The position numbers were made by a program, and so were the translations under genes. A stretch of DNA of 62,470 bases, counting the filler, from Candidatus Huberarchaeum crystalense (GTDB taxonomy: Archaea; Huberarchaeota; Huberarchaeia; Huberarchaeales; Huberarchaeaceae): assembly GCA_002790315.1 (NCBI GenBank). It is 9 parts of 9 records of this genome, joined end to end, with 100 filler letters (N's around TTAATTAATTAA, not from the genome) between each part and the next. Parts side by side here need not be neighbours in the genome. Positions count along the whole stretch, not along the records: positions 1 to 7,256 come from PFUW01000004.1; positions 7,357 to 12,999 come from PFUW01000037.1; 7 more parts are not named here. One strand, 5' to 3'. This document shows, in pieces, positions 1 to 9,871 of the stretch (positions are counted from its first letter, which is position 1; every line of letters begins with the position of its first letter). Below the pieces are notes generated by a model, which was not told where the DNA came from, made no database searches, and saw nothing but the letters and a program-made list of their open reading frames with translations.

Positions 1-1842
1 TTTATAAACATCATAAACAGACAAAGGAATGCTATCATCCACATTTTTTAGTAAGTATTTTATAGAAAGTTCATCACCTTCAACTTCTCTTGAAATCTTA
101 AATTTACAATTATTTTTTACATATTCTTCAAACTTTTTGATATCTTTTTCATTTATCTCGCCATTTTTGTCAAGATCGCACGCACCCTTGCATAACCCAG
201 TCCAATTTTTAGATTCTACTGTTGCATTAAACAAGGCAACATCTACTTCATCAACAACCAAATTACCATCATAATCCATTCGCATGTCTGCGCCACCATT
301 AAAAGTACAACCAATGCTGCGATTGTCTGTTATTGGCAATTCTTGTTTTAGTTTTTCAAAACTAACTTTTTGTACTTTAAATATCTCATTTCCAGTATAA
401 GTAAAGCCAATTTTTCCACCTTCACTCCAACCAGAAGCACTGTTTCCTGCATTCCCTGAGCCAGAAGTTTGATTGCTGTTTCTAACAAATAAATCAAAAG
501 TATGCCCTACTATCACATTTGCAGTAATGTTGTTAAAAGTTGAAGACATAATGTTTACTCCATAGCTTATGCTTGTTGTTGTTTTGTTACCACAGGTTTG
601 ATATGCTGTGTTGTTCTTAATATTATTGTTTATTATAGTATTATTTGAAGTGTTATCCAGCGAAATGCCATATTTTAGAGCAATACAGCAAGAATCGCCT
701 TCCTTAGCAATGCAACCAGCGATATTTGAATAAATCATATTGTCTTGCAACAAATTTTCAGAAGAATTTGAAATTATAATATCATAAGACGACGCAATAT
801 TTCCTTCTGAGTTTGGATTGTTGCTAATGCCTTTATTGTTTGTTATGGTGTTGTTATATATTGTGGTTTTATTAGAATATTCTATTAAAATTATAATTGG
901 TTGCCTGATATTATTTTGCGAATCACAAGTTGTATTTGCAAAGATGTTGTTTTTTATAAACAATTCTTCTGAATCAGCAATGCGCATCGCTATACAAGAT
1001 TGAATTTGTTGCAAATTGCCTGGCACTAAAGAATAAATTTTGTTGTTTTCAAATGTTAAATTGCTGATTTTTTGCGCTGAAATGCCTGATGAAACTGCGT
1101 GAATGCTTGAATTTTTGACAACTATATCTGAGGAATTTACCATAGCAATTGCTTCTCCAACATCTGAAAAATCGCTTCTAAGTAGAATTATATTTTGAGA
1201 ATTTGATATATTTACACCAACAAAAGAAGCAAGCGATGCGTTTGCTCCTATATGTGAAGCATTAACAACAGAAGCTGTTGATGGTTTTTTCTTGTCGCTG
1301 CTAATATTTAAATTCTTCAAAGAAATGTTATTGCTATTATATATTCTTATTCCATATCCTCTAACAACAAGCTGTATGTTGCTTATTTCGCTATTTCTAA
1401 TATTTTCAAACACAAACGCGTTTTTGCTTTTTATATTACAATTTTTAATCGCAATATTTTGCGCATCCTTTATCTCTAACCCCATTTCACTATCTATTGT
1501 GTGTGCCTTGCAATCTAAGGTTTTGCCATTAATTGGGTTGTCTCTGCCAGCTGATATGATTGGGGGTGGTTTTACGCAGCAAGTGCCATTTATAAAAGAT
1601 AGGTCTTTTTTTAGCATCACAACTTTGCAATTATTGTTCTCCCACAACATTTGACTGCATGAAGCACAATCGCTGCATTCGCAAGTTATATTTGTATCAA
1701 AAACAACATAACCTGTTGCTGTTTTCATTCCAAAAAATGCCAAAATATCATCAAAGCTAAATGCAAATATAGGAGTAATGCTTAAAAATACAATAAACAA
1801 CACACAAAAAAGTGCCCTAAATAACTCTTGTGATTTAACCAT
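1..1842 (-). CDS. Secreted right-handed beta-helix (NosD/pectin-lyase-like) surface protein, 3' end outside window
   Basis: Not in the ORF track because it runs off the edge. Hand translation from ATG at 1842: MVKSQELFRALFCVLFIVFLSITPIFA (signal peptide), CECSDCASC, then Asn/Ile-rich repeats (NIAIKNCNI, YGIRIYNSNNISLKNLNI). Confidence 0.75.
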   Translation of the reverse strand, partial: MVKSQELFRALFCVLFIVFLSITPIFAFSFDDILAFFGMKTATGYVVFDTNITCECSDCASCSQMLWENNNCKVVMLKKDLSFINGTCCVKPPPIISAGRDNPINGKTLDCKAHTIDSEMGLEIKDAQNIAIKNCNIKSKNAFVFENIRNSEISNIQLVVRGYGIRIYNSNNISLKNLNISSDKKKPSTASVVNASHIGANASLASFVGVNISNSQNIILLRSDFSDVGEAIAMVNSSDIVVKNSSIHAVSSGISAQKISNLTFENNKIYSLVPGNLQQIQSCIAMRIADSEELFIKNNIFANTTCDSQNNIRQPIIILIEYSNKTTIYNNTITNNKGISNNPNSEGNIASSYDIIISNSSENLLQDNMIYSNIAGCIAKEGDSCCIALKYGISLDNTSNNTIINNNIKNNTAYQTCGNKTTTSISYGVNIMSSTFNNITANVIVGHTFDLFVRNSNQTSGSGNAGNSASGWSEGGKIGFTYTGNEIFKVQKVSFEKLKQELPITDNRSIGCTFNGGADMRMDYDGNLVVDEVDVALFNATVESKNWTGLCKGACDLDKNGEINEKDIKKFEEYVKNNCKFKISREVEGDELSIKYLLKNVDDSIPLSVYDVYK

Positions 1843-2065
1843 ATATTATTTATATAATTGAATATAATTATTTAAAAAGTGTATAAATAAAAAAAATAAT
1901 ATTTTAGACCAAAAATATTAATAATAAAAAGCATTGAAGTATTGAGGTATGCGCACATATTATCAAAAAATTTCTTTAATTTTTATATTTTGAGTTTTAG
2001 ATAAAAACAAGATGGCGCGCTCCTTTTTTCCTTACCTTATTCACATCTATATCCAAAAACTTTAA

Positions 2066-2139
2066 GGGGTTGTAGGATAACTTGGTTAGTCTTCTGGCTT
2101 TGGGAGCCAGCGATCCCGGTTCAAATCCGGGCAATCCCA
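2066..2139 (+). tRNA. tRNA-Pro(TGG)
   Basis: Acceptor GGGGTTG/CAATCCC, anticodon arm CTGGC-TT-TGG-GA-GCCAG, T arm CCCGG-TTCAAAT-CCGGG. Confidence 0.95.
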
Positions 2140-2202
2140 CCTATTACTTTGCTTTATAATGTCTTGCCTTCACAATTCTCAGTATATAACTAAAAACAAA
2201 CT

Positions 2203-2883
2203 ATGTCTCAAAAATTTGCGCAGATCATTAAAAAACTCAAAATATCTGCCAATCCTCTAACAATTAAAGGAATGACTCGATTTGGCATTTCAGGAAATAA
2301 TATGCTTGGTGTTAAGGTGCCTATTCTTCGAAAAATGGCGCGCAAACTTGGCCACAACCATCAACTTGCTCTTGAACTTTGGGAGTCAGGCATTCATGAG
2401 GCGCGCATATTAGCGAGTATGATTGATGAGATAAAAAAAGTTAGTGAAAAACAGATGGATATATGGGTAAAGGATTTTGATTCTTGGGATGTTTGCGATC
2501 AAGTTTGCTTGAATTTGTTTTGGCAACACAGGTCAGCTTATAAAAAGGCAATTAAATGGACAAATGCTAAAAACGAGTTTGAAAAAAGAGCAGGATTTGC
2601 GCTAATAGCAGTCCTTGCAGTCAAAGATAAAAAAGCCAATGATTCAAAATTTGAAGAGTTTTTGACTGTCATTGAAAGAGCACCAACAGACAAAAGAAAT
2701 TTTGTTAAAAAAGCAATGAATTGGGCACTTCGCCAAATTGGAAAACGCAACAAAGAGCTGAACAAAAAAGCAATTGCAACTGCAAAAAAAATACAAAAAA
2801 CAAACTCTAAAATTGCAAAATGGATTGCAAACAATGCAATAAAAGAGTTAGAGAGTGATATAGTTCAAAATAAATTAAACTAA
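2203..2883 (+). CDS. alkD: DNA alkylation repair protein, AlkD family
   Basis: LGVKVPILR, LWESGIHEARILA, FDSWDVCD, DKRNFVKKAMNWALRQIGKRN motifs. Confidence 0.9.
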   Translation: MSQKFAQIIKKLKISANPLTIKGMTRFGISGNNMLGVKVPILRKMARKLGHNHQLALELWESGIHEARILASMIDEIKKVSEKQMDIWVKDFDSWDVCDQVCLNLFWQHRSAYKKAIKWTNAKNEFEKRAGFALIAVLAVKDKKANDSKFEEFLTVIERAPTDKRNFVKKAMNWALRQIGKRNKELNKKAIATAKKIQKTNSKIAKWIANNAIKELESDIVQNKLN

Positions 2884-2903
2884 AAAACACCTTCAAAAAA
2901 TAT

Positions 2904-4247
2904 ATGAACCTTTTTGAGTTGCAAAAACTAAACGAAAAATACAAATGTTTTATAACTATTAACAAAAACTTTGAGCAAGAAGCAGAATTGTCAAAATCAA
3001 CACAAAAACCCTTGAGTAAATGGTATTTTTCAGTTAAAGATAATATTTGCACAGCAGGCTTACAAACCACAGCTGGCTCTAAAATTCTCGAAAATTATAT
3101 TCCTTCTTTTGATGCGACTGCAATTAAGAGAATAAAAAATGCAGGCGGGATTATTATTGGAAAAACAGCTCAGGATGAATTTGGATTTGGAAGTTTTTCA
3201 ACAAACTGCGCTTTTGGCGCGCCAAAAAATCCACATTCTCTTGAAAGAGTAACAGGTGGCTCGTCTGGTGGTGGTGCTTGTGCTACTGCTTTGCTTGAAG
3301 ACAATCATATTGCAATCGTTGAATCAACAGGCGGTTCAATTTCTTGTCCTGCTAGTTTTTGTGGTGTAATAGGATTAACTCCAACTTATGGGAGAGTTTC
3401 GCGCTTTGGTTTGATTGATTATGCATCTTCACTTGATAAAATAGGAATTATGGCTAAAAGTATTGAAAAAATTGCTCTAACTCTACAGATTATTGCAGGA
3501 AAAGACGAAAAAGAAGCAACAAGCTCTGAATTGCCTGTTCCAAACTATCTTGAAAAATTAAAAAAACCACCAAAAAAATTTAAAATCTGCCTGCCAAAAG
3601 AATATGTTGAGGGAATTGACCCCAAAATCGTTGAAATCATAAAAAACACTTTAAAAAAAATCAGTGATTTTGTTGAAGTTGAGGAAATTAGTTTACCTAT
3701 GACAAAATATGCCTTGCCTGTTTATTATATTTGCGCTATGGCAGAAGCAAGTACTAATTTGGCAAAATTCTGTGGATTGCGTTATGGTATGGAAAGCGAA
3801 AAAAAGGACAAAAAATACGACGCTTATTTTACAGAAATAAGAAGCAAATATTTTGGTGAAGAAGCCAAACGTCGCATTATTTTAGGAACATTCATACGGT
3901 CTGAGGGTTATGAGAGAAAATTTTATTTGCGCGCAATGAAAATTCGAACTTTGATTATTAATGAATTCAAAAACGCTTTTAAAAAATGCGATTTAATTAT
4001 TGCACCAACAATGCCATTTATTGCTCCATGCTTTGATGAAGTTGAAAAATTAACACCTCTTCAAAATTATCAAGCAGATATTCTTACAGTTGCTCCAAAT
4101 CTCGCAGGAATTCCAATGATTTCTTTACCTGTTGAGAAAATTAGTGGCTTGCCTGTTGGACTTCACGCAATGGCAAATTTTTTCAATGAAGAAAAACTGT
4201 TGCAATTTGCACAACTTCTTGAGAAAGAGAAATTGTTGGTATTTTAG
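2904..4247 (+). CDS. gatA: Asp/Glu-tRNA amidotransferase subunit A
   Basis: Amidase signature VKDNI, GGSSGG, STGGSI; NLAKFCGLRYG; FGEEAKRRIILGTF. Confidence 0.92.
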   Translation: MNLFELQKLNEKYKCFITINKNFEQEAELSKSTQKPLSKWYFSVKDNICTAGLQTTAGSKILENYIPSFDATAIKRIKNAGGIIIGKTAQDEFGFGSFSTNCAFGAPKNPHSLERVTGGSSGGGACATALLEDNHIAIVESTGGSISCPASFCGVIGLTPTYGRVSRFGLIDYASSLDKIGIMAKSIEKIALTLQIIAGKDEKEATSSELPVPNYLEKLKKPPKKFKICLPKEYVEGIDPKIVEIIKNTLKKISDFVEVEEISLPMTKYALPVYYICAMAEASTNLAKFCGLRYGMESEKKDKKYDAYFTEIRSKYFGEEAKRRIILGTFIRSEGYERKFYLRAMKIRTLIINEFKNAFKKCDLIIAPTMPFIAPCFDEVEKLTPLQNYQADILTVAPNLAGIPMISLPVEKISGLPVGLHAMANFFNEEKLLQFAQLLEKEKLLVF

Positions 4248-4281
4248 GGTAGATTAAAACAAAAATAATTATAATTTAATT

Positions 4282-5241
4282 TTAACTTTTANNNNNNNNN
4301 NNNNNNNNNNNNNNNNNNNNNNNNNNAACATTTTTAAGTTTTGTGCGAAGTTTTTCCTGTGTTTTTTCAACTTCTTTTTCTGCTTTTTTAATTATTTCGC
4401 TTACTTTATTGTGCAAATCCTCATAATGCTTTGCTGAAAAATTGAATTTATTTGCCTCTTTCTCTATTTTTTTATAATCTTGAAAAAGCTCTTCAATTGT
4501 TGCGATATCTTGTTCTGAAAACAAAGTTATGTTTTTCTTCATATTTTTTAATATTTGTGGGGTATCCTTAGGCAATCCAGGATAAATATTTTTAGAAAGA
4601 ATGACTGCTTGCACTGCTTTGATCATTGCCCAATATAGCGCGTCAATTGCTTCTTTAATTTTGTGCTGACTCATTTCCATAAATCCTTTTCCTACATAAA
4701 ACATGTTTATAATTCCTTCTTCTGAAGGTATAATTTCTCCGCGCAACAAGAGTTCTTTAAAAGGTACAAAGAAACCTGTTTCATAAATTGCAATGCCTGA
4801 ACGCAAAACATTTATAACAACAGGATCTGTGTTTTTTACTCCTTTCCAAAATTCAGTTAGCCCAACAACATTTGAGTGAATTGGTCGCTGTGTTTTTGTC
4901 TCAACAAGCACTTCTGCTTTGTATTTTTCAACACCAAGATCAAAAGAGCTTTTTATAGATGAGGTAAATGGAATGTTTATGTCATTTACAATAATCAACA
5001 CATCAATATCACTATCAGCAGTGTGTTTGTCTGTAGTAAATGACCCAAAAAGAATGACTGCTTGAACAAAATTATGATATGATTCTACTAATTTTTCTGC
5101 GAATTTATGAATAACAATCCCTTCTTTTATTCTAAGAACTTCGCTTGACACAGGTGATTGAGGCACACTAAACTCTAAATTTTCTTTTTTTGGTCTTTTA
5201 GTTTCCTTTTTTTTAACTATATTTTCAACCTTTTCAATCAT
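4282..5241 (-). CDS. Minimal nucleotidyltransferase fused to a HEPN-like helical domain
   Basis: ILFGSF..DSDIDVLII pol-beta motif, then AIDALYWAMIKAVQAVIL helix. The C-terminus crosses an N gap. Confidence 0.75.
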   Translation of the reverse strand: MIEKVENIVKKKETKRPKKENLEFSVPQSPVSSEVLRIKEGIVIHKFAEKLVESYHNFVQAVILFGSFTTDKHTADSDIDVLIIVNDINIPFTSSIKSSFDLGVEKYKAEVLVETKTQRPIHSNVVGLTEFWKGVKNTDPVVINVLRSGIAIYETGFFVPFKELLLRGEIIPSEEGIINMFYVGKGFMEMSQHKIKEAIDALYWAMIKAVQAVILSKNIYPGLPKDTPQILKNMKKNITLFSEQDIATIEELFQDYKKIEKEANKFNFSAKHYEDLHNKVSEIIKKAEKEVEKTQEKLRTKLKNVXXXXXXXXXXXXKS

Positions 5242-5464
5242 ATAATATTTATTATAGTATTTATAATTATAATTTATACAAAAATAAATATAACTTTGTG
5301 AATATTTTATTTTGTGTTTTGCTTTGTTAGCATAAAAAATACATTGCTTAAACCTTGTGAAAAAAAGGTGAATATTTTATTTTGTGTTTTGCTTTGAAAA
5401 ATACTTCTTTAACTATTGGTTTTAATAAACTATTCTAAAACATAGTATTTGAAAATTCTTTTGA

Positions 5465-6829
5465 TTAATTTTTAATATTTTTTACAACTTCTGTAAAAGA
5501 CAACATTTTTTCATCCTTTGAATCCAAATTTCTAAGAGTATATTTGTTTTCTCTCAACTCTTTTTCTCCAACAATTAGTGCAAACGGAATCTGCTCTTTA
5601 TTAGCATAGTCAAGCGCGCCTTTGAGTGATTTCTCAAACTCAATAATACATTTTATTCCTTCTTTTCGCAGCAAGGTTGCGATCTCTAAGCATTTTTTCT
5701 GGGTGTTGATAGAAATTATTAAAATTTTTGGAATTTTATCCTTGCTATTGATAAATATTTTTAAGCCCTTTTCTTTTAATGCTGTGAAAATTACATCTAA
5801 TCCGAAAGTTAGTCCTGTTGCTGGGTATTCTCTTTCACTTTGCAAAAATTTGCTTATCATTTTATCCCATCTACCGCCAGCAGAAATTGAACTCTTGATT
5901 TTAGAATTCTTTAAAAAAACCTCGCACACAAAGCCAGTATAATAACCAAGTCCGCGCGCCAAAGTTGGAGTGAAAATAATATCCTTATTTATGCCAAAAT
6001 AAGAACAATATTTAAAGAAATTTTGAAGATCTTCAAGCCCTTTCTGAGCTAAAGTATTATTTAATTTTTCTTTGAAAAAAATCAGTTTATCTTTGTTTGT
6101 CTGTTTTGTATTTGCAGTTTTAAGCAATAAAAATAAGGTATTAACCACATTTTCTGAAATTTCTTTTTCAAACAATTCTTTTTTAACATATTCCTCGCCA
6201 AACTTCTCAAGTTTGTCCAAAGAAAGAGCAACACCTGCAAACTTTTCAGACCCAACCCCACAAAATTCAAACAATCCAAAAAGAAAGTTTTTGTCGCTAA
6301 TTTGAACAAAAATAGGCAAGCACAGTTCATCAAAAACACTAAAAATTAAAGATATAAGTTCAGCGTCTGCTATTACTGATTTTATCCCAACAACATCAAC
6401 ATCACACTGTGTAAATTCTCTAAGTCGCCCTGGTTTTATTGGTCCGTCTCTAAAAACTTTTCCTATTTCATATCTTTTGAAAGGCAGTCTAAGGTTAGGA
6501 TTTAAGCCAAAAAGTTTTGCGAGTTTAAATGTTAATTCATATCTTAAGCATAATTCGCGCGCGCCTTGATCTTTAAGGTTATATGTCTCTTTTAGAATTT
6601 CTTCGCCACCCGCGTATTTGTTTGCCGCAACGTTGTAGTATTCTAAAATGCTTGTTTCAATTGGCTTAAACCCATAAATTTTGAAATTCTTTTTTAGAAT
6701 ATCTATAATCTTTTCCCTAACTATTTGCTCTTCTGGCAAGTACTCAGGAGTTCCTTTAAGTTGTTGTAATCGCTGATTTTTTTCAAAACTTTGAGTTGTA
6801 CAAAAATCATTATTTTCACTCTTTTCCAT
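5465..6829 (-). CDS. hisS: Histidine--tRNA ligase
   Basis: KGTPEYLP, LRYELT, VFRDGPIKPGRLREFTQCDVD, ARGLGYYTG, GGRWD. Start moved to ATG 6829 because the longer ORF overlaps tRNA-His. Confidence 0.95.
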   Translation of the reverse strand: MEKSENNDFCTTQSFEKNQRLQQLKGTPEYLPEEQIVREKIIDILKKNFKIYGFKPIETSILEYYNVAANKYAGGEEILKETYNLKDQGARELCLRYELTFKLAKLFGLNPNLRLPFKRYEIGKVFRDGPIKPGRLREFTQCDVDVVGIKSVIADAELISLIFSVFDELCLPIFVQISDKNFLFGLFEFCGVGSEKFAGVALSLDKLEKFGEEYVKKELFEKEISENVVNTLFLLLKTANTKQTNKDKLIFFKEKLNNTLAQKGLEDLQNFFKYCSYFGINKDIIFTPTLARGLGYYTGFVCEVFLKNSKIKSSISAGGRWDKMISKFLQSEREYPATGLTFGLDVIFTALKEKGLKIFINSKDKIPKILIISINTQKKCLEIATLLRKEGIKCIIEFEKSLKGALDYANKEQIPFALIVGEKELRENKYTLRNLDSKDEKMLSFTEVVKNIKN

Positions 6830-6929
6830 TTTTAACCTCTTGTGAAAAATGTTTTGAAAAACTATTTTTCCCGATCTTGTTTTTTTCTCTGAAAGGACTA
6901 TTTTTCCCATTTTCTCTTTTTTCTTTAAG

Positions 6930-7001
6930 GGCAAACGGCGAGAATTGAACTCGCTTCACAAGAGCCACAATCTTGTATGTTACCAATACACTACGTCTGC
7001 C
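6930..7001 (-). tRNA. tRNA-His(GTG) with encoded G-1
   Basis: Reverse complement G-GCAGACG...CAAGA-TT-GTG-GC-TCTTG...GCGAG-TTCAATT-CTCGC-CGTTTGC-C. Confidence 0.93.
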
Positions 7002-7256
7002 ACTATTTAATGATTTGAACTCCATTAATGTTTTTTTAATATTTCTGCGAATGAAATTGAATACAATACTTATAATTATAGATTTAAAAATTTCAGAAAT
7101 AAACTTAAAAAATGTTTTATTGATGAACACAGCCAGCAGTTATCCTGCTAGCGTTCTCCGAACTTAATAAAATTGTTGCTATCATAATATATTTAGCAAA
7201 TAGTTTAAAAAGAACAAACAAAAATCAAAACTTAGATTTATTTACCACAAACAAGA

Positions 7257-7356
7257 NNNNNNNNNNNNNNNNNNNNNNNNNNNNNNNNNNNNNNNNNNNN
7301 TTAATTAATTAANNNNNNNNNNNNNNNNNNNNNNNNNNNNNNNNNNNNNNNNNNNN
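7257..7356. other. Artificial contig spacer (N44-TTAATTAATTAA-N44)
   Basis: The same 100-nt spacer occurs at 13000-13099, 21851-21950, 39130-39229, 42526-42625, 46361-46460, 50530-50629 and 58102-58201. The 12-mer places stops in all six frames. Confidence 0.97.
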
Positions 7357-7393
7357 TTTAAAATAAATTGTTTGTGCTAACTATAAAAAATAT

Positions 7394-7666
7394 ATGCTTC
7401 AACAAGAGAAAAAACGCCAGCAAGCATTACAAATCCTAAAAACAAATTTTATAAATTCTTTTTTAGAAAATAAATTACACCCCCAAATAAAAGGGCGGGT
7501 TATTAACGAGACAAAAAATTCCTTTCTTGTTGAAACAAATCAAGGAGAAAAGCGCACACTAAAGCAAAACAATATTTTTACTTTTACTTTCCAAGACAAG
7601 AAAAAATATAAAATCAATGGAAATTTGTTGGTTGGCAATATTTGGGAGCGCCTAAAAAAATATTGA
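7394..7666 (+). CDS. rnp1: RNase P protein Rpp29/Pop4
   Basis: IKGRVINETKNSFLVET and INGNLLVGNIWERLKK match the archaeal Rpp29 pattern. Confidence 0.82.
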   Translation: MLQQEKKRQQALQILKTNFINSFLENKLHPQIKGRVINETKNSFLVETNQGEKRTLKQNNIFTFTFQDKKKYKINGNLLVGNIWERLKKY

Positions 7667-7672
7667 AAATAG

Positions 7673-8044
7673 ATGTTTTATAAAAAAATTATGGAAAAAC
7701 TAATTTTATATACAGGGGTGCATTGTCCAAAATGTCTGCGCGCAAGAAAGATAGTTAGAAGCTTTGCAGATGCAAACAATTTAAAAGAAGGTATTGATTT
7801 TGTTGAGAAATTGATTGATGGTGAAAATCTGCCAATAGGCGAAATAGAACTCGAAAATATGAAACTAAAAATTGTAAGCAATGAAAGTCAAGTAAATGGA
7901 AAATTTTGTGTTGTGGCAAACCCAGATGTATTTTTAGAAGCGCTTCAATACCAAATAGCAAGTGTGCCTGCAATATATTATAAAGGCATTATTGTTTTTG
8001 GTGATGATATTTGCGAAGAAAAATTAAAAGAAATATATAAATAA
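7673..8044 (+). CDS. Thioredoxin/glutaredoxin-fold protein
   Basis: LYTGVHCPKC (CxxC) and EALQYQIASVPAI cis-Pro motif. Start may be ATG 7691. Confidence 0.8.
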   Translation: MFYKKIMEKLILYTGVHCPKCLRARKIVRSFADANNLKEGIDFVEKLIDGENLPIGEIELENMKLKIVSNESQVNGKFCVVANPDVFLEALQYQIASVPAIYYKGIIVFGDDICEEKLKEIYK

Positions 8045-8633
8045 TAGCATTTGAAAAAGAAAATTATAAAAAAGTTAATGGTTTTTAAATATCCTTATAT
8101 AATAATTTATGCTCTCTTTTAGAAAAAAGGAGAGGGCGCGATGTTAAGCCATTTTTTGGAGATTAATATGCTTCGTTTAGTCATTTTTTCCCCCAACATA
8201 TGTGTTTGCTATTCGCGCCCAAGCCTGCTTTTGCTATATTTTTAGCAAAAAACTATAAAATATATATTTTGTTGTTTTTGAACAACAAATATATTTAATT
8301 CTGAACATCAATCAAACAGCAGTTAAATTTTAAAAAATTTTCATTCTGCTTTGCTTAGGCAAAAATAGTAAAACCTTTATGCAAAGGCATCCAAACAAAT
8401 GTTTGACTCTTTGCTAAAAGCAAAGGCATCTTTGTTTTAATGCATGTTTGTCTTTGTCCGTTCTGAGAACAGGTATACCTTTGCTCTTTCATAATTGTTT
8501 TATAATAGGTTATTTAAAAAGCCCAACAATATATTGAAAGGTGTGTTGTTTTTATATTTAATTCTTCAAATTTTATATTTAATTCTTCAAATAAAGCGCG
8601 CTATTTTTTCACTTAATTATTCAAACAAAAATT

Positions 8634-9401
8634 ATGATTAGTAAACTTTTATGGGCAGGAATGCTTGATTTTTCTACTGTTGATTATCCTGGAAAACTGT
8701 GTGCTGTTATATTTTTGGGGGGATGTCCATTTCGTTGTCCCTGGTGCCATAGTCCTGAACTTGCGACTGCAGATACGCAGACATGCAAAGAAAAAAGTGT
8801 TAGTGAAATTGTTAAGCAGTTAAAGCAAAACTTTGTAATTGACGCAGTATCAATAACTGGTGGAGAACCCTTATTACAACCATCAACAATAAATTTATTA
8901 GAAACAATCAAAAATCAAACGACTTTACTGACAAAAATAGACACTACTTGCTTTTTTCCCGAGCAATTGGAAAAGGCGTTGCCGTTTCTTGACGCGATTT
9001 CAATAGACATAAAAGCACCACTCAACGAAAAATATAGTAAAGCAACAGGCAGAAATGATTGGGAGCTTGTTATAAATAATTTGAAGCGCGCGCACAATAT
9101 TTTAAAAAATTGGAAACGCAGCAACCCTTCTTTTATGCTTGAAGTAAGAACTACAATTGTACCAGAAATAAACAATAAAACAGAAGATATCGAGCAAATC
9201 AGCCACCAAATTGCGTATTTGAATGCTGATATATATACTCTTCAACAATTCAGACCAACAAAAACCCTTGACAAAGCATATGAAGCAAAAGAACAGATTA
9301 GTCGAGAGAAAATAGTTGAATGGGCTAAGATAGCAAAAACTATTCTGCCAAACACAAAAGTCAGACTTATAACAAAAGAAAAAGGATTTGAATATATTTA
9401 A
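8634..9401 (+). CDS. Anaerobic ribonucleotide reductase-activating radical SAM protein (NrdG/PflA-like)
   Basis: STVDYPGK, GCPFRCPWCHSPEL (CxxxCxxC), ITGGEPLLQ, DIKAP, EVRTT. Confidence 0.88.
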   Translation: MISKLLWAGMLDFSTVDYPGKLCAVIFLGGCPFRCPWCHSPELATADTQTCKEKSVSEIVKQLKQNFVIDAVSITGGEPLLQPSTINLLETIKNQTTLLTKIDTTCFFPEQLEKALPFLDAISIDIKAPLNEKYSKATGRNDWELVINNLKRAHNILKNWKRSNPSFMLEVRTTIVPEINNKTEDIEQISHQIAYLNADIYTLQQFRPTKTLDKAYEAKEQISREKIVEWAKIAKTILPNTKVRLITKEKGFEYI

Positions 9402-9419
9402 TTTATCTATAAACAGCAC

Positions 9420-9625
9420 CCCTTTGAACAACAATTTATTATTTCTTGTTTTGCCTATTAATTTGATCTTTTTTTGAGCAGTTTTTCAAAGAATTTCTCA
9501 ATTGCGCGGTTTGCTTTTCCTTTTTATGGCAGCTCTTTTATAGATAAAAAAAATCTGTTGTTTTGAATCTTGGAAATCTCTGTTTTGTTTGCATTTGACT
9601 TAACTTTAAGATTTATATAAATCCT
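9420..9625 (-). pseudogene. DUF167/YggU-family pseudogene
   Basis: Hand translation IYINLKVKSNANKTEISKIQNNRFFLSIKELP*KGKANRAIEKFFEKLLKK, then a frameshift to KIKLIGKTRNNKLL. Matches the DUF167 pattern (VKPNA...PPxxGKAN...SRNK). Confidence 0.7.
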
Positions 9626-9871
9626 TGAAAATCCAGCAAAATGTTAATAATTTGGATTATTTCTTCTTCAGAGTTTATATTTTTTGTAAATTAAAGGTTA
9701 ATTGGTTTGCTTTGTCTTTAAAGACCTATTTATTTACTAAATATTGTGTTTTTTCTCTTAGCAAAGAATCTTGTCTTTGTCTTTTTTCATATTTTTTTGT
9801 TAATTTTACTAATATTTTGCAACAACACAATAAGCAACAGTATTTTTTATTTGCATTTATATTATGTTTGT

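Noticed and set aside
29-1654. Plus-strand ORFs at 29, 818 and 1292, and similar antisense ORFs throughout
   Set aside because: They are shadows of well-supported genes on the opposite strand.
7301-7312. Recurrent TTAATTAATTAA motif as a biological repeat
   Set aside because: Always centred in 44+44 Ns: a contig-joining linker. The one unflanked copy at 56653 lies in AT-rich DNA and is taken as chance.
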